Of a stretch of 64,000 bases of DNA, positions 61,052 through 64,000 are shown in pieces. A program made the translations under genes and the position numbers. The stretch lies in NCBI GenBank assembly GCA_040220235.1, contig JAVJTO010000070.1; one strand, given 5' to 3'. Each line of letters starts with the position of its first letter. Position 1 is the first letter of the stretch. The notes under the pieces were generated by a model. It was not told the origin of the DNA. It searched no databases and saw only the letters and a list, made by a program, of their open reading frames with translations. The stretch comes from Coleofasciculus sp. B1-GNL1-01. Lineage in GTDB: Bacteria; Cyanobacteriota; Cyanobacteriia; Cyanobacteriales; Coleofasciculaceae.

Positions 61052-61564
61052 CTAGGGATTCCTATACAGAATCATTCCACCGACTCTAGGATCATTAGGA
61101 TCGACGGCTTGCCCACATATTAACCCTATAGACCACTGATATTCTCTATTAGAATCTATTGCTGGAGCATCAGTTGGCAACTCTAAACGATACGTACCCG
61201 GAGTTGTTGGTAGTGGGAGTTGTGCCTGATAAAAATAGTCTTCATCAGCATCTTTTAAGCTGAAAAATACTTGTTTAGCTCCGGTTTTGGGAAGATATAC
61301 AGCAAAACTGGGACGTTCGACATCCGTTTCGCTATGGGTGGGCATTAACGAGGATAAGCTTTCATTGTTCATCAGTTCATCCCCCGGACAGGTTCCCCGA
61401 GATGCGCCACCTGTTGTATCGTATGGAGTTCCTTCTTTGGGCGGCTCAAATGTTACCCACAACTGGGTATTAATTGAGTCAGATTGTGCCATTAAATCCA
61501 AACCGACTAACACCTCCAAGGATAACGCTATGCCGAATAGGGATAAAGATTTAACTACGTTCAT
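61052..61564 (-). CDS. DUF928 domain protein
   Basis: Signal peptide, TFEPP..GTP..TTGGASRG.C, P.F.VYLP, YQWS..LIC; next to a CHAT gene. Confidence 0.85.
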   Translation of the reverse strand: MNVVKSLSLFGIALSLEVLVGLDLMAQSDSINTQLWVTFEPPKEGTPYDTTGGASRGTCPGDELMNNESLSSLMPTHSETDVERPSFAVYLPKTGAKQVFFSLKDADEDYFYQAQLPLPTTPGTYRLELPTDAPAIDSNREYQWSIGLICGQAVDPNDPRVGGMILYRNP

Positions 61565-61660
61565 GATTTCAATCCTCCTCGGATTTATGTTTGGTTGGAA
61601 TTGAGCAACCTCTGACCCCAAAATAAGACGTTGTTGAAACCTGCTTTTTCTGATTAAGAA

Positions 61661-64000
61661 TTACAGCCAATTTCCCACTAAAACAAAAGGTGCCCAGTAA
61701 TAGGGATGCTGATAGGCTTCTTGCTTTAATAATGATAACTGAGCTTGCCGCAGGGCTTCAGCTCGGTTGCCATCACCTTGGCGCAAATGGCGATAAAATT
61801 TAATCATGGTATCGGCAGTGGATTGGTCATTCACTGACCAAAGCGTAGCAATTGTACTGCGAGCGCCTGAACGCACCGCTAATCCAGCTAATCCTAAAGC
61901 GGCTCGTTTGTCTCCAGTCGCCGTTTGACAAGCACTGAGAACTAATAGTTCAATCGGTTCAGAATTGCTTTGTTCTCTCGTTTTAAGCAATTGAGATAAA
62001 GTATTGGCATTGAGGCGTTTATCCCAGGTAAGAATAAAGGTGTCTTTGGGTTGCGAACTAAACTGACCATGGGTGGCAAGATGGAGAATGTTAACGGAGT
62101 GGTTTTTGAGTTCCTTTTCTATTTTGGCATGAGTAAAGGTTTCATTCAATAGAATTTCTGACGGTAAATCATCACTAATTTCTTTAACTTCTTGCTTAAC
62201 AGCCGGTAAGGGAAGAAACCCTTGACGGGCTTCCGTTAATCCTGCTGTTAACGAAAATAGGGGAACTTGTTTGAGCGATCGCGGTTCGAGTAATTGCAGT
62301 CCCGGTGTTAACGCCACACTGTAGTTTTCAATCAAATACTGGTTGCCATCGTGGAGGGCTGTCATAGGAATATTACGCAAAACACCATCCAGAACAAAGA
62401 CTAAGGTTTTAATCTGATTACTGGTTAATTGATTGTCAATCGGGCGAATTAACCAATCATAAACGGTTTGGGACAGTTGAAGCCGTTCTTTATTCGATAA
62501 CGCCGGATTCATGGTTTGGCGTAAACGGCTGATTGTGGCTTCAATGTCTGGGGAAGATACATTGGTGTGGTAAGTCTGTAGAGGTTGTCCGGGTAAGGAA
62601 AGAATTACCGCTAAACGGTTGGGTAAAATAATCGGGTAAATCACCGCTGCTTTCGTATCACCTTTTTCGATGACGGTATCAATTTGTTCGGCTTGCGTCT
62701 CTAAACAGGCGGTGCGGAAAAAGTTTTCGAGTTCGGCTAATTGTAGAGATTCAATTACAGTCCGGGCTTGTTGCAGATGTTCGGGTGAAGGAGAGTCTAA
62801 TAAAAGACTGACGAGGTGACGATAAATGGGTTCAATTTCCTCTTGAAAGGAAAATCTCACATCTGCATTCATTGCCACCAGATCCCCCCGAAGGGATTGT
62901 ACTGTATCAAATGCCTGTTTATTTGCCGCGATCGCGCTTTGTTTATCGCCCACCTTTGTCAGGATTTGTGCCAGTTGCCAGTACCATTGATAGGATAAGT
63001 CAGCCGCGTTGATACTCTGAGACAAAAATAGGGCTTGTTCGGTTAAATCTTGAGCTTGAGACCATTGTTGGGTTTTGTCGTATACTTTTCCGAGGATGCC
63101 TAAACTCAGCGATTCTGCCCGTTTATCGTTTAAGCTTTTTGCCGCTTTCCGAGTATCGGCTAACTGTTGGGCAATGGTTTGATAATTGGCAATGTTGGGA
63201 GAACCTAAGCCGGAGGTTTCGACGAGTTCGATTAAACGTTCGGCGTAGTTAACCTGGGCATAAATCGTCTCTCGACTCGGAGACAACTGGGACAAATTGC
63301 GTTGAATTTGAGGAACTAATTCTTGGGCGTCGGTAAACTGTTCTAAATGAATCAGTAGCTTAAGTTGGTTGAGTTTTGCTTGGACTTGAGATAGAGGAGT
63401 CGCGGCGATTTCGGCGGCTTGTTGATAGTAGGCTAATGCGGCTGGCATTTCTGCCAAGTTGCGGCTAATATTACCTAAACTCAATAAAGCTGCACTAATA
63501 TCTGGGGCAGAATTAAGGCGTTGTGCTACAGCTAAACTGTCCTGTAAAATAGTCTGGGCGGCTGACAAATCACCGATAGCTTCCCAGACCCTACCCAGAC
63601 TGCGTAATCCAGTTGCTTTCATGATAGAATCCGGTTGGGTGGTTAGCTGTGGCTGTACCGATTCGAGAAGTTGCCGCGATCGCTGAACCATTCCTAAACT
63701 TTGCCATGCTTGAGCCTGATTAATTTTGCTCCCCAATACCCCCATTTGATCATCGGCTTGGGCGTAAACCGTTTCCGCCTGTTTCCAGGTGTCTAGCGCC
63801 GCCTGCGGTTGTCCCATTGCCAGTTGTACACTCCCTTTGGTATTTAAAATGGGGGCTAGAATCGCGGGATTGGCTTGGGGTTGGAGTAAATCCAGGCTTT
63901 GATTAATTGCGGCTTCTGCTTGTTGCCATTGTCCCCCGTCTTGATAGGCTAAGGATAAGTAATGTAACGCTAACGCCTGATTCATGCGATCGCCAGTTTT
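61661..64000 (-). CDS. TPR + CHAT (caspase-like) domain protein; 5' end lies beyond the window
   Basis: TPR repeats, LHLATHGQF, LVLSACQTA, ATLWSVND, HPYYWAPFVLVGNWL; frame open to the window edge. Confidence 0.93.
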   Translation of the reverse strand, partial: KTGDRMNQALALHYLSLAYQDGGQWQQAEAAINQSLDLLQPQANPAILAPILNTKGSVQLAMGQPQAALDTWKQAETVYAQADDQMGVLGSKINQAQAWQSLGMVQRSRQLLESVQPQLTTQPDSIMKATGLRSLGRVWEAIGDLSAAQTILQDSLAVAQRLNSAPDISAALLSLGNISRNLAEMPAALAYYQQAAEIAATPLSQVQAKLNQLKLLIHLEQFTDAQELVPQIQRNLSQLSPSRETIYAQVNYAERLIELVETSGLGSPNIANYQTIAQQLADTRKAAKSLNDKRAESLSLGILGKVYDKTQQWSQAQDLTEQALFLSQSINAADLSYQWYWQLAQILTKVGDKQSAIAANKQAFDTVQSLRGDLVAMNADVRFSFQEEIEPIYRHLVSLLLDSPSPEHLQQARTVIESLQLAELENFFRTACLETQAEQIDTVIEKGDTKAAVIYPIILPNRLAVILSLPGQPLQTYHTNVSSPDIEATISRLRQTMNPALSNKERLQLSQTVYDWLIRPIDNQLTSNQIKTLVFVLDGVLRNIPMTALHDGNQYLIENYSVALTPGLQLLEPRSLKQVPLFSLTAGLTEARQGFLPLPAVKQEVKEISDDLPSEILLNETFTHAKIEKELKNHSVNILHLATHGQFSSQPKDTFILTWDKRLNANTLSQLLKTREQSNSEPIELLVLSACQTATGDKRAALGLAGLAVRSGARSTIATLWSVNDQSTADTMIKFYRHLRQGDGNRAEALRQAQLSLLKQEAYQHPYYWAPFVLVGNWL

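Overview
64 kb of chromosome from a filamentous cyanobacterium. The organism call is an inference from abundant HIP1 GCGATCGC sites, CHAT/DUF928, KGK and NACHT families, and heptamer/REP/MITE-rich intergenic DNA. Core genes: gap, acnB, lpxD, dihydroorotase, lepB, rubredoxin, a BaiN-type flavoprotein, cnfR/patB, three PAS histidine kinases, and a GDT1-type Mn exporter behind a yybP-ykoY riboswitch. Accessory highlights: (1) a ~7 kb conflict/defence island downstream of acnB, with two antitoxin-PIN modules plus a remnant of a third, each behind the same short upstream element, carrying an Hna-like helicase-nuclease, a DUF559 nuclease and an HNH gene broken by one amber codon; (2) an apparently naturally circularly permuted PhoA-type alkaline phosphatase with an RTX tail; (3) an ABC-type ATPase + small PD-(D/E)XK nuclease pair; (4) two HTH-STAND ATPase genes, each facing a divergent small membrane-protein gene, one of them fused to an antitoxin fragment; (5) an unannotated 40-aa ribbon-helix-helix gene opposite cnfR; (6) a group II intron 3' fragment and nested MITEs. 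No rRNA, tRNA or CRISPR array was seen. All family calls are by eye from motifs; no searches were run.
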